Shown one piece after another: positions 27,776 through 40,544 of a stretch of DNA of 64,000 nucleotides. The DNA is taken from assembly GCA_964016885.1 (NCBI GenBank), contig OZ024742.1, forward strand, positions 323,888,001 through 323,952,000, given 5' to 3'. The notes beneath the pieces were generated by a model. That model saw only the letters and a program-made list of their open reading frames with translations, made no database searches and was not told the DNA's origin. Source of the stretch: Eledone cirrhosa (taxonomy: Eukaryota). Every line of letters begins with the position of its first letter. Positions within the stretch are counted from its first letter, which is position 1. A program made the position numbers and the translations under genes.

Positions 27776-30700
27776 TTAGGTAAGGCGGGTCTTCTCTGTT
27801 ACTGAGTACCGCCAAAGGTCTCGGTCCAGTGACATTGTCTTGGAGAGGTGTAAGTGTGTGATGTCGGAGTTTATCAGCTCGTCCCAGGTTTTTCTAGGTC
27901 TGCCTATTCCGTGACTACCGTCTATCTTTATTGCCCTGCACTTTGTTATACAGCTATCGACTTTCATGCGCATCACGTGTCCATACCAACGTAGCCTTCT
28001 CTCGAGTAAACAACATCTGATCCCTCTTATCTCTAATTTTTTCCTTAGTTCGTTTATGCTTTGCCGTTCACGTATATTACTGTTACACATCCAGCGGAGC
28101 ATGCAAGCTTCGTTCCTCTCTAGTCTGCGTATATCCTCTGCACACAATGCCCAGGTCTCACTGCCATGCAGCATTGCTGTTCGTATGCAGGCATCGTACA
28201 ACCTGCCTTTCATTTTTAGTGAGAACCCTTTAGCAGCTAATAGTGGTATAAGCTCTCTGAACTTTTTCCAACCAGTTCTGACTCTAGCTACAGTACTTTC
28301 AGAGCACCCTCCCCCACTGCTGATTTTATCGCCCAGGTAACGGAAGCTGTCCACTATTTCTATAGAACCCTCTGCGCAATTGAAAGAGCCAGTAGTTTGT
28401 GGGCACTTGCTGCTACTTATTGCACCAGAGCACCGGCCACATGTAAAATCTATGTTCTTAGTTAGCTTACCTGTGATCCCACTACATCTTTTATGCACCC
28501 ATACTTTGCATTTAGGACATAAAATGGAGTTTCTACCTACGCCTTTCCTACACACCGAGCACGACCATTTCCCAGAAGGGACCGCCGCCTTGTTTTCTTT
28601 CCTACAAACTAGCACTTTGGTCTTAGCCAGGTTAATTTTAAGTCCTTTTGACTCTAGGCCGTGCTTCCATGTTTGGAATTTCTTCTCTAGCTCGGCCATT
28701 GATTCCGCTATGAGTGTCAGGTCGTCTGCGTATAGGAGTTCCCATGGGCAGCCTGTCTTGAACTCCTCTGTTATAGCCTGAAGGGCAATAATAAATAGTA
28801 GTGGACTGAGAACAGAGCCCTGATGGACGCCAACTTTTACGCTAAACTCTTCACTATATTCGTTGTTAATTCTAACCTTGCTGACTGTTTCTTTATACAT
28901 GGCTTGTATAGCCCTCACAAGCCATTCGTCAACGCCTAGTTTTCTAAGAGCCCACCAGATAATGGAGCGGGGGACTCTGTCGAAGGCTTTCTCCAAGTCG
29001 ACAAAAGCTAAGTAGAGGGGTTTACCTTTAGCTAGGTACTTCTCCTGTAGTTGTCGTACTATGAAAAGAGCGTCTGTGGTACTTTTGCCTGACACAAACC
29101 CGAACTGCATTTCATCTAGGTCAATTCTCTCTCTGATTAGTTGCGCTATTACTCTTTCCGTGACCTTCATGACCTGGTCGATTAATTTAATGCCTCTATA
29201 GTTACTCCTATCTAGGGCGTCTCCTTTACCCTTATAACAGTTAACGATGATGCTGCTATGCCAGTCCTTCGGAACAACCCCATTCTGTACGACTTGGTTA
29301 ACTATGCGGGTGACCATGGTGTGTCCCACCGTGCCAGATGCCTTCAGCATCTCAGCAACTATTTCCGAAGGCCCAGCCGCCTTACCAGTCTTCATATCCT
29401 TGATTGCCTTACTTATTATACTCCCCTCGACTAACACTGCTGGTCCCTCTATTGGGTCGATATGGGGGAGACTGCCTTTCTCCCAATTATTCTCCTCATT
29501 TAGAAGCCTTTCATAGTGACACTTCCAAGCTACCTTCTTATCAGCGTCGGTGATGGCAAGTGTGCCATCGTCGTTTAGTACACACTTCTCCCCGACAATA
29601 TCACGGTTTTCCTTGACGCATTGCCTAGCAATCCTGAACACCTCACGTTTTTGGTCATCGCGTTGTAGAACATGCTTGAACTTTCTTTCCTCAGCTTCCC
29701 TTCTTGCTAAGTACACTTGTCTCCTAGCTTCCCTCCTGGCCACTTGATAGTCCTCTCTACTTCCCCCATCCCGCCATACTTTCCAAGCCTGCTTTTTGGC
29801 CTTAATTGACCCCTCCACCTTACTGTTCCACCACCATGTTACTCTCCTCCTGCCTACAGGCCTGCTCCAGCCACAGACTTCGTCTGTCGCCAACAGCAGG
29901 TTTGCTTTCAGAAATTCCCACTCTCCCTCTATATTGTCCGACTCTAAATGTTCTTCCTTACTGTCGAAAGCATCAAGTAATATGCTTTGAAATTTATTCC
30001 TGGCTGTGGGGTCCTTTAGCTTCCATATTTTCCTCCTGAGGATAGTCCTCTTCTGTTGTCGAGTACGTCTCGTCCTGACTATGAGGTCGCTAATTATCAG
30101 TCTATGTTGGGAGGTGCATTCTTCATGGGGGAGGGATTTAGTGTTAACAACAGACACTCTGTCACGTCTTCTGGTAAGGATATAATCTACCTGGCTTGTG
30201 TGTTCCCCGGATCTATAGGTGATCAGGTGATTGTCACGTTTTTTGAAGTTAGTGTTACAGATAGTTAGGTTATTTGCATCACAGAATTCCAGGATTCTGG
30301 AGCCTTCCTCATTTCTAGTACCAAACCCATAGCCTCCATGGATTTCGTCGTAGCCGTCACAATGTTGTCCAACGTGACCATTTAGGTCGCCTGCGATAAT
30401 TATATAGTCACTGTCGGATATTTGGGAGGTAGTTAGCATCAGTGTCTCATAGAATCTGTCTTTTATAGTGCCGGGCAGTCCGGATTGGGGTGCGTACGCA
30501 GATATTACTGTCACCGTAGTTCTATTGAGGACAAGTCGTATTTTAATTATTCTGTCGTTCACTCTATTTACGTCTATTATCTTATCTGCCCACTTTTCTG
30601 CTACCATGATTCCTACTCCACCCAGCCCATCGTCGTTTCCCACCCAGAAAAGCTTATAACAACGTTTTTTACCCTCAATGAACCTAGCAGACCCACCCCT

Positions 30701-31138
30701 CCACCTGGTCTCTTGAATACAACAAACATCGACCTCCTTACGTTCAAGCATGTCTACAACCTCGTTAGCGCGACCCTTTAGGGTGCCTACATTTATGGTA
30801 CCAACTCTGAAGTTTTGGATTGCGTTTGGGGGTTGGGGGCGGTGAGGGGCGGGGGGCGATGGGGTTATGTTAGCCGTCCGCGGTCGAAACAATGAGGAGT
30901 GCTCGCATTCTCGTCCAAGGGGTGAATTTGTCTTTATCTTTGGCATTGTCGCTGAGCGTCCAGATTTTTCTCTCTCACCTCCACTCTCCAGGATTCCGCA
31001 GTCCATCCATCCATCGTATATCGTATATCGAAAGGCAACCAGGCAAGCGATAGTATAGGCCTCTGGTTTCTGATTGGTCCGCGTAATAATACTGGTGATG
31101 CGTGGGGGCTGTTTTATGATTGGTCCACGTAATAGCAA
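27776..31138 (-). CDS. LINE polyprotein: APE endonuclease, reverse transcriptase, PHD finger, RTE C-terminal domain (real start likely ATG at 31006 or 30946)
   Basis: APE motifs GTINV, IQETRW, SAYAPQ, GDLNGH, DYIL, SQHR; RT motifs QFGF, FVDLEKAFD, GVHQGSVLSP, YADD, FRYLG; C-terminal RLRWYGHV and GRPRKTW. No stops over 1120 codons. Confidence 0.95.
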   Translation of the reverse strand: MLLRGPIIKQPPRITSIITRTNQKPEAYTIACLVAFRYTIYDGWMDCGILESGGEREKSGRSATMPKIKTNSPLGRECEHSSLFRPRTANITPSPPAPHRPQPPNAIQNFRVGTINVGTLKGRANEVVDMLERKEVDVCCIQETRWRGGSARFIEGKKRCYKLFWVGNDDGLGGVGIMVAEKWADKIIDVNRVNDRIIKIRLVLNRTTVTVISAYAPQSGLPGTIKDRFYETLMLTTSQISDSDYIIIAGDLNGHVGQHCDGYDEIHGGYGFGTRNEEGSRILEFCDANNLTICNTNFKKRDNHLITYRSGEHTSQVDYILTRRRDRVSVVNTKSLPHEECTSQHRLIISDLIVRTRRTRQQKRTILRRKIWKLKDPTARNKFQSILLDAFDSKEEHLESDNIEGEWEFLKANLLLATDEVCGWSRPVGRRRVTWWWNSKVEGSIKAKKQAWKVWRDGGSREDYQVARREARRQVYLARREAEERKFKHVLQRDDQKREVFRIARQCVKENRDIVGEKCVLNDDGTLAITDADKKVAWKCHYERLLNEENNWEKGSLPHIDPIEGPAVLVEGSIISKAIKDMKTGKAAGPSEIVAEMLKASGTVGHTMVTRIVNQVVQNGVVPKDWHSSIIVNCYKGKGDALDRSNYRGIKLIDQVMKVTERVIAQLIRERIDLDEMQFGFVSGKSTTDALFIVRQLQEKYLAKGKPLYLAFVDLEKAFDRVPRSIIWWALRKLGVDEWLVRAIQAMYKETVSKVRINNEYSEEFSVKVGVHQGSVLSPLLFIIALQAITEEFKTGCPWELLYADDLTLIAESMAELEKKFQTWKHGLESKGLKINLAKTKVLVCRKENKAAVPSGKWSCSVCRKGVGRNSILCPKCKVWVHKRCSGITGKLTKNIDFTCGRCSGAISSSKCPQTTGSFNCAEGSIEIVDSFRYLGDKISSGGGCSESTVARVRTGWKKFRELIPLLAAKGFSLKMKGRLYDACIRTAMLHGSETWALCAEDIRRLERNEACMLRWMCNSNIRERQSINELRKKLEIRGIRCCLLERRLRWYGHVMRMKVDSCITKCRAIKIDGSHGIGRPRKTWDELINSDITHLHLSKTMSLDRDLWRYSVTEKTRLT
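31073..31129. promoter_or_regulatory. Two tandem CCAAT-box modules in the LINE 5' region (ATTGGTCCGCG and ATTGGTCCACG)
   Basis: Duplicated module with 46-bp spacing. The copy at 31119-31129 matches the ERSE-II consensus ATTGG-N-CCACG. Confidence 0.45.
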
Positions 31139-31589
31139 TGGTGGTGTGTGGGGGTGGGAGGGAGGGGTGTTGGGTAGCTAGCAAGAAGGTAATGATTGAG
31201 TGGGGTCTATGCATTTAACAAGCGATTAACAAAAATACAAAATTTGTTCTGTTAAATACGTCCAAAAACCCACGTATTTAGCACTTAATAGAAACAGAAA
31301 ATGTAGTTTGTTTTAGCGATAGATTGGCTATTTGGACTTGAATACGAAATGTGGAAGAAGGAAAGGATTTTGCTTTTTTGTTTTGAAGATACGCTAGAAT
31401 TAGGGGATTGGGGTTTGAAAATACGTTAGGAATTAAGGTTTGAAAATAGCTAGCAAGAAGGTAATGATTGAGTGGGGTCTATGCATTTAACAAGCGAATA
31501 CGAAATGTGGATTGTTTTGAAAATACGCTAGGAGAGAGAGAGAGAGAGATGAAGTCTGTACATTACGTTTACATGAATTTCGTTTGGAC

Positions 31590-31707
<118 letters not shown>

Positions 31708-31722
31708 TTTTAACATATATAT

Positions 31723-33447
31723 ATAAAGTTGATGGACCAGGTCATGAAAGTAACAGAAAGAGTTATAGCACAGCTGATTAGGGACCGGGTGAATATAGAC
31801 GAGATGCAATTTGGGTTTGTTCCAGGGAAAGGCACCACTGATGCGCTCTTCCTTGTGAGGCAATTACAGGAAAAGTACCTAGCTAAAAGTAAGCCACTCT
31901 ACTTGGCATTTGTCGACCTTGAGAAAGCCTTTGACAGAGTTCCACGTGCAGTAATCTGGTGGGCTCTTAGAAAACTAGGAGTAGATGAATGGCTTGTGAA
32001 AGCGGTACAAGCCATGTATAGGGGAGCAGTCAGCAAAGTTAGGATTGGCAATGAGTATAGCGAGGAATTTAGCGTACAGGTTGGGGTCCACCAGGGCTCT
32101 GTTCTTAGCCCTCTCCTGTTCATCATAGTCCTGCAGGCAATAACGGAGGAGTTTAAGACCGGATGCCCATGGGAACTCCTGTATGCTGATGACCTCGCAC
32201 TCATAGCTGAATCTATGGTAGAACTAGAGAATAAATTCCAAACCTGGAAGCAGGGACTAGAGAGAAAGGGCCTCAAAGTCAACATGACAAAGACTAAGGT
32301 CCTTATAAGTAGACGAGAAAACAGAACCCAGATCCCCTCAGGGAAATGGCCTTGCTCAGTATGTAGGAAAGGTGTAGGTAGGAACTCCATTCTTTGCCCC
32401 AAATGCAAACAATGGGTACACAAGAGATGTAGCGGGATCTCAGGAAGCTTAATTAAGAATGTAGGATTCACATGCAGCAGCTGTGCTGAAACAGCAAGCA
32501 AACAGCCACAGGAAACAAGTACCACCAATCTCTGGGAGGGCCCTGTAGAAACAGTAGACAGCTTCTGCTACCTAGGTGACCGAATTAGCAACGGAGGTGG
32601 GTGCTCAGAAAGTACAATAACTAGGGTAAGAACGGGATGGAAGAAGTTTAGGGAACTACTACCACTGCTAGCTGCAAAAGGCTTCTCCCTCAGAATGAAA
32701 GGCAGACTGTATGATGCGTGTATCCGAACAGCGATGTTGCATGGTAGTGAGACCTGGGCGCTGAAGGTGGAAGACTTACGTAGATTAGAGAGAAACGAAG
32801 CCTGCATGCTCCGATGGATGTGTAACAGTAATATACGTGAACGACAAAGCATAAATGAATTGAGAGAGAGACTGAGCATAAGAGGAATCAAATGCTGCGT
32901 GCAGGAGAGGCGGTTACGCTGGTATGGACATGTGATGCGTATGAAGGATGACAGCTGCATAAAAAGGTGCAGAGCACTAGAAGTTGATGGAAACCGCGGA
33001 GTGGGGAGACCCAAGATGACTTGGGATGAGGTGATAAAAGCCGACCTTACCCAACTACACCTCTCAAAGTCAATGACACACGACCGTGACTTCTGGCGTC
33101 ACGCAGTAATACAGGGTACCCGACCTCCCATGGGTACATGCTGAAGCATATAAACAATATGGCCCCCCCCCCCACCGCAAGGTGGCCGTGGAGGTGCCAC
33201 AGCAAAAAAGCACCCAGCCCACACTGTAAAGTGGACGTGTAGGCGCCACGAAAAAGCACCCAGCACTCACTGTAAATGAGGTTGGTGTTAGGAAGGGCAT
33301 CCAGCTGTAGAAATCAAGCCAGATCAGTTCCTGTATGAGCAAGGCATGGTCAGCCGACCAGACACTGCCCACAACAGGACAACCCGTCTAACCCATGCTA
33401 GCGTGGAAGAACGGACGTAAAACGGTGATGATGATGATGATGATGAT
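31723..33447 (+). mobile_element. RTE LINE family 2, 5'-truncated, with intact RT+PHD frame 31729-33144
   Basis: 471-codon open frame, (GAT)n tail, TA tracts at both ends; head-to-head with the full-length element. Confidence 0.95.
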
Positions 33448-34079
33448 ATATATATACACTAGCAGAGTAGCCCGTCATTGCCAGGCAATATTCACCATAC
33501 AATGTCTTTCTTTCAATTTGTTTTATTCCATGTCAGAACATGTCTCCCCCATGCCTCATCTGCCATTACTTATTCTCCATGGCCCGTCCCTATGAATCGT
33601 CAATCGTCCCCAAAGTGGTTTCTATAGAAAGTGGACTGGAGCAATGTGAAATAAAGTGTCTTGCTCAAGGACACAACCATACCATCATAAACTGAATACC
33701 CTAACCACTAAGCCACGCTGTGTCGAAAAGTCATGCACACATTAACAATATGAAATTGAAAGATGGACAGAAGAAATGAGTGATTCGACTGATGATGAAA
33801 AAAAACAAAAAACCATGTCTCAGTGAGGTCTACTCACTAATCTGATTGGCTATCTGTCACCTTTTCACACCACGCATTAATGGATATTTTTGTAGATGGA
33901 AAAATGACATAAGCTTATGTTTATGTGTTGGCATTTCTTTTATTCTTTTCAGAATTAAGAAATGCCATGTGCCCAAAATCCTTCTCCTTGAGAGCAGATT
34001 TTGAAAATCAAATCTGCTTTTCTCTAGGATGGAGCCTTTCAGCAACATACACACATACATACATACACCCTCATATGTA

Positions 34080-34161
34080 TCATCATCATCATCACCGTTT
34101 TACGTCCGTTCTTCCATGCTAGCATGGGTTAGACGTCCTGTTGTGGGCAGTGTCTGGTCGG
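34080..34161 (-). mobile_element. Very short 3' end of RTE family 2
   Basis: Reverse complement of 33355-33445, abutting a TA tract. Confidence 0.8.
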
Positions 34162-35575
34162 TATATATATATAATACACAAACCACTACCATCACTATCA
34201 TAATAATATATGCTAGGACATTGTAGGAGAATGCTCTCCAACATGCAGGACTCCAGGCACATGCTGCAGCACAACCTCAGCAAACAATGGAAAAAGCATT
34301 ACCCTGGAGGATAATGATGGAGAGTAATTGTAATAGCCATTGCAACTGAAGGGGGTCACTCCTGAAGATAGCCACTACAATACTGTAGTAGAGTTACATT
34401 ACATTTTATTTAGCTATACTGCAACAGATAGTGGAGTAATTTCCAGTTGATAGATTTGAAAAACAACAGTTGGCTTGGGATCAATAGACTGCCTGTTTGT
34501 CAGTCCAAGAAAGCCAGCTTGCTGACCGATCCAACAGTTAGTGTATTGATCTAGTTAAAAAGAGGAGGGAAGTTTAAACATTTAGACAGTGCAGTGAGTG
34601 GGTGTAGTTATGTATAAGAGGGGAGGGAGGGAGGAGTGAGAGAGCTTGAGAGAAAAAAGAATGAGAGTGTGAAAGAGAAGAGTTAGAGAGCATATATATG
34701 TGTTAGAGAGTGAGAGGGGGAAGAAAGAGAGAGAGTGTGTGAGAGTGAGGGAGAAGAAAGAGTGTGCATATGAGAGAGTAAAGGAGAAGAAAGAGAGAAT
34801 ATGTGTGAGAGAGAGAGAAAGCTGCATGCATGTGTTTATGTGTATTAATACACAGCTATGTATATGAATTTGGTAGGCGTATGTGTGCTTGTGGGTGCAT
34901 ATGCGCACCAATAGTTAAACATTAAAACAATATCTGTGTTATCTGTGTGGTTAAGACTTTCTCTTCAAAAACTACACATAATTTTAGGTTTAATCCCACT
35001 GTACATTTTGGGCAAGTCTCAGGCTGACAGCCATCCCAGAAGCATTATATACATGTATATATATATATACTTATATATGGGGTGTCTGTGAGTATGTGTA
35101 CATGTGAGTTGTATATGTATATAGTTATCCCTCCCTACATGTGTGTGTGTGTATATATATATACATATATATATATATATACTGTCAATTATAACTCACC
35201 AAGTTTGCACTATATGCAAATGAGAATTTCCAGCAAATGTTCAATACCCCAAATCCATATAGTCTATTTTCATCAAAGTACTGGTTGAGTGAATGTCACT
35301 GATGAGAGTTTAATAAATCTTGAAACAGCTGTCTGACATTCCCAATGGCTGGCTACTGAGATATCTGTGATATGTTCACTGAGCACAAGAGAAAAATAAA
35401 TTTTTTCATAAGGAAAAACATATTTTTTCTTTGATAGCGAGGCTCTTGTGGGTTTATTGTATATAAACATACAGTATATGTTTTCATATATAACCCTATT
35501 ATGCACAATGCTATCTTAGTGCTACAGTCTCTCTCCCTCTCATATATATATATATATATATAAATATATATATAT

Positions 35576-36709
35576 AAATACTAGCTCCTTCAACTGCGCA
35601 GAGGGTTCTATAGAAATAGTGGACAGCTTCCGTTACCTGGGTGACAAAATCAGCAGTGGGGGAGGGTGCTCTGAAAGTACAGTAGCTAGAGTCAGAACTG
35701 GATGGAAAAAGTTCAGAGAGCTTATACCACTATTAGCCGCTAGAGGGTTCTCCCTAAAAATGAAAGGCAGGTTATACGATGCCTGCATACGAACAGCAAT
35801 GCTGCATGGCAGTGAGACCTGGGCATTGTGTGCAGAGGATATACGCAGACTAGAGAGGAACGAAGCTTGCATGCTCCGCTGGATGTGCAATAGTAATATA
35901 CGTGAACGGCAAAGCATAAACGAACTAAGGAAAAAATTAGAAATAAGAGGGATCAGATGTTGTTTACTCGAGAGAAGGCTACGTTGGTACGGTCACGTGA
36001 TGCGCATGAAAGACGACAGCTGTATAACAAAGTGCAGGGCAATAAAGATAGACGGTAGCCACGGAGGAGGCAGACCCAGAAAAACATGGGACGAGCTGAT
36101 AAATTCCGACCTCACACGCTTACACCTCTCCAAGACAATGTCACTGGACCGAGACCTTTGGCGGTACTCAGTAATAGAGAAGACCCGCCTTACCTAAATA
36201 CAAAGTAAAAACCTACTACAGTCAGTAGGCATCTCTTATCAAAACACACCCCCGTCCCACCACCTCCACCCCATCCACACCGCCCCTTTCAATGTAAAGT
36301 TATGTTGGTCCCACAACATCCAGGCCGAAACAAATGAGATCGTGTAGGTGTCACGACAAAAAAACACACAGTCCACGCTGTAAATGTGGCCGTGTAGGCA
36401 ACACGGTAAAAACCTCCCAGCCCCACACTGTAAATGTGGTTGGTGTTAGGAAGGGCATCCAGCTGTAGAAAACCCGCCAGACAGTCCACGCTGTAATGTG
36501 GCCGTGTAGGCAACACGGTAAAAACCTCCCAGCCCCACACTGTAAATGTGGTTGGTGTTAGGAAGGGCATCCAACTGTAGAAAACCCGCCAGACAGTCCT
36601 ATGCGAGCAAGACAACCACTCTTGCCTCAAGTGGGAAAACCCCCGACCAAACTCATGCAAGTGTGGAACACGGACGCTAAACCTGATGATGATGATGATG
36701 ATGATGATG
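35576..36709 (+). mobile_element. RTE LINE family 1, 5'-truncated, with a 113-bp 3' UTR duplication
   Basis: Frame 35619-36197; 36368-36480 repeated at 36481-36592; TA flanks. Confidence 0.93.
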
Positions 36710-36735
36710 TCTATATATATATAAATATATAAATA

Positions 36736-36791
<56 letters not shown>

Positions 36792-36808
36792 GTCTATATA
36801 TATAAATA

Positions 36809-36856
<48 letters not shown>

Positions 36857-36892
36857 TATAAATATGTCTATTTATATATATATATATAAATA

Positions 36893-36969
<77 letters not shown>

Positions 36970-37467
36970 AATATGTATATATATAGTCTAACCCATGCTA
37001 GCGTGGAAAGTGGACGTTAAACGAAGATGATGAGATGATGATATATATATGTATATATATATATATATATATATAAATAGTGTGAGAGAGAGATAAATAG
37101 AAAAAGAGAGTGTATTGCATATTGAAATAGCAACAATTTGGCAGAAACAGCATAAAGCATTGCATTGCATCAAATGCTTAAAGGTATTTAGTTTCATGCC
37201 AATACATTGGTAAGTAGAAAGGTCATCGATGTAGATGTTCCCTTACTGGAGTCAAAGACGTCAACAGTTCCATAAGCACTATTGCTGCTGCCACCAAATA
37301 TACACACACACACCATCATTACATGCACACACAACCATCATACACACACACTGCCACCCCCACCACCACTATCACCCACCATTACCAACTTGGGTTACAT
37401 AAGTTGGTCCTATGCCAAGTGAAAAGATCAATATTTAAACAACCAAACACCATCTTTATATCCTCAC

Positions 37468-37507
<40 letters not shown>

Positions 37508-37631
37508 TTTGTTTGCATGTGCAATCAATATTTAAACATTTTATCATCACTACACATACACATGTATATGAGGGAGGAGATGGAGAAAGAGAAGTATGCC
37601 TATGTGAGTGTGTATGTATATATATATATAT

Positions 37632-37678
<47 letters not shown>

Positions 37679-38050
37679 TATATCAGAGTGAGAAGAGTAT
37701 CTATCTATCTATACACACACACAGATTAATATATATATATATAAAACAGAATAGGGGGCATACAGAAGAGAGCGAGAGAGAGAGTGAGAGAGAGAGCGAG
37801 TGAGAGAGAGAGCGAGCGAGAGAGAGGAATGGAATAATGATTTATTGAAGAAGTTGTATAACTTAGGGATTGACTATAATACATAGCACTGGTTCCAAGT
37901 TGTATTAGACAACATTAGTAACATGATGAGGGGAGATGACTGATATGCATGACTGACCAATGGTCTTCTACAAAACACCATGCTCAGAGAGTACTTTCTA
38001 GGTGCAAAGACATAGTCAATCATAACGGAGGAAGGCCTAAAATGACAGAA

Positions 38051-38152
38051 GCTGTGGTGGATGATCTATATATGGCTGTGGTGGATGACCTATATATGGC
38101 TGTGGTGGATGATCTATATATGGCTGTGGTGGATGACCTATATATGGCTGTG
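38051..38152. repeat. 24-bp tandem repeat x4 (gctgtggtggatgaYctatatatg) with alternating T/C, i.e. a 48-bp higher-order unit
   Basis: Direct reading. Confidence 0.9.
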
Positions 38153-38169
38153 CCTTCTAAGGTACATCT

Positions 38170-39080
38170 CTCACATTGGACACACATTCCATCCTGAGCA
38201 CGTGTGACATAGGTTTGCTAATACCGAGTTAGAATTTAGACCCCTATTTTCCCGTGCATCACAACAGCTGGGGGTTAACAACAATATTTTTCCAACAGAA
38301 AATAAGCTCTATCAAATTCTTAGAAGCTGTCGATTATTTCTATGGAACCCTCTGTTACCTGGATGACAAAATTAGCAGTGGAGCTGGGAGTTACAGTAGC
38401 AAGGGTGAGAACAGGATGGAGAAAGTTCAGGGAACTAATACTGCTGTTAGCTACAAAAGGTTTTTTTCCTTCAAAATAAAGGGCAGATTGTATGATGGTT
38501 GTATATGAACAGTAATGCCGCATGGAAGTGATTCTGTGTGCAGAGGACCTATGAAGATTGGAAACAAATGAAGCTTGCATGCTTCACTGGATGTGTAGTA
38601 GTAGTGTGAATGAACATCAAATCATCAATGAACTGATAGAGAAACTGGGCAGAAGAGGGATCAGATGCAGTGTGCAGGAGAGGAGATTGTGTTGGTATAG
38701 ACATGTGATGCATGTGGAGGATGACAGCTGTATAAAAATGTGCAGGGCACTTGAAGTTGAAGGAAACTATAGAAGAGGAAGACCTAGGAAAGCATGGGAT
38801 GAAGTGATAAGAGCTGACCTTGCACTATTAAACCTTTCAAAGGTGATGAAACAGGATCAAGATCTCTGGTGGTATGCAGTACTGCAAGAAGACCCACCTT
38901 CTCATGTGCACAGTGCCACGATAAACACCATGTCCATGCTGTAAATGTGGTTGGTGTTAAGGAGTGCATCCAGCCATAGAAACAAAACCAAAAACAGTCA
39001 CCTGATCTGACTTGTCTCACAATGGGACAACTCATCTAACCCATGCTAGCATGGAAAAGAGACGTTAAACGATGATGAAG
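38170..39080 (+). mobile_element. Old degraded copy of the same RTE lineage
   Basis: Frameshifted CYLDDKISSG, NEACML.WMC and GRPRKAWDEV peptides, and the gacgttaaacgatgatg end. Confidence 0.85.
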
Positions 39081-39584
39081 ATCACAATAGCTGAAGGTTA
39101 GCCACGCAATGAACTGGTGTCCCAACCTTGGTAGAGGGAAATTTTGTGCTCTCAGTTACATGAAAGCAAGTTGAGCTCTCAGCTTTGTCCAATCCTATGA
39201 TGACAAGCATGGAAAACAAAAAAAATGAAAACTAACTTTAATACAACAGCTTGTGGTTCATTATAACCCATACCCCACCCCATGCAGCCACCAGTAGTAA
39301 ACCATTTGGCTGACAAACACAAAAGTCAATTAAACCATTCATTTCGAAAAAAAAACAAAACAAAAAAAACTGCTAGTTCAAATATTACCCCTCACACTTC
39401 ACTGCTGCAGAAATGAAAGAAGACAAGAAACAAAGAACCTTTAAAGAAATTAACAGAAATAAAAATAACTGAAAGTGAAATTTCATAAATCAAACCAGGT
39501 GTCGATGACATTTATGTTACTTTAATTAGTGGTCTTCAAATGTCTGTTTCAGAATAACTGGGGCAGTTTTAAATGTTTAAAAGG

Positions 39585-39938
39585 TGGTCTTGTTCGTGAC
39601 ATGACTAAAAGCACCCAGTCCACCTTGTAAAGTGGCCGTGTTAGGGACACAACAAAAAGCACCCAGTCAACCCTGGAAAGTGGCCATGTTAGGGACACAA
39701 CAAAAAACACCCAATCCACCCAGTCAACCTTGTAAAGTGGTCATGTTGGTGACACAATAAAAAGTACCCAGTCCAACCTGTCAGTTGGTTGTTTTGGTGT
39801 CATAATAAAAAGCACCCAGTCCATGCTGTAAATGTGGTTGGCATTTGGAAGGGCATTCAGCCCTAGAAACCAAGCTAGAAACAGTTCTGTATGAGCAAGA
39901 TAGTCATTTAATCTGACTTGTCTCACATGGGACAACTC
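39585..39938 (+). repeat. RTE 3' UTR-derived array of ~50-bp modules (cacccagtc...gtaaagtgg)
   Basis: About five diverged modules followed by ggaagggcat...tagaaac. Confidence 0.7.
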
Positions 39939-40544
39939 AGGTGTTCCTGCTTACCTTCTGAGAGAAATTAAAGATTGTCAAAGAATTAACACAATACAGT
40001 TGAGAAGCAACAAGTGCTTTAAGGCTATTTTTTCCTACAAAAGCTGGAGTTAGTTTAATCAAACTTAGTTTCATCATAATCATTTGACGTCTATTTTTCC
40101 TGCAAGCAAGGATTGGACTCAAACAGAATTACTGATTTGGATTCCGTTTTGAAACGATGTTTTATGGCCAGATGCTCTTCTTGGTACAAACTCCTTTAGT
40201 CACCTCTAACAACAACCAGCTATATGGTGTACCTATTCTAAACCAGATACTGAGTACCAAATCAATCCTTTCAATGAAACATCAGAAACTAAAACTAATG
40301 AATCAATCAGTTGCAACTCCTCTTCATATATATTTAAACTCGAAACTATATATTACATTCCCAGTTAGAATATAAATTATAAATCGTTAAATCTGTATAC
40401 ATACAAACTGCTAAGTTAGCTATAATATGACCAATTATAATTGATATAAAAAAAAAAAGAGACAAAAAAAAAAAAAAAAAAAAAAAAATCAATATACACA
40501 AGATTAAAGTTTGTTAACAATTGAAACAAAACAAAACAAAACAA

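Noticed and set aside
27966-31058. Antisense ORFs over the LINEs
   Set aside because: Shadow frames of the RT ORF, repeated only because the element is repeated.
39955-40034. Possible minus-strand exon (ttttgtag...AAG|gtaagc)
   Set aside because: 80 nt, frame-shifting with an in-frame stop, no ARFGAP1 similarity.
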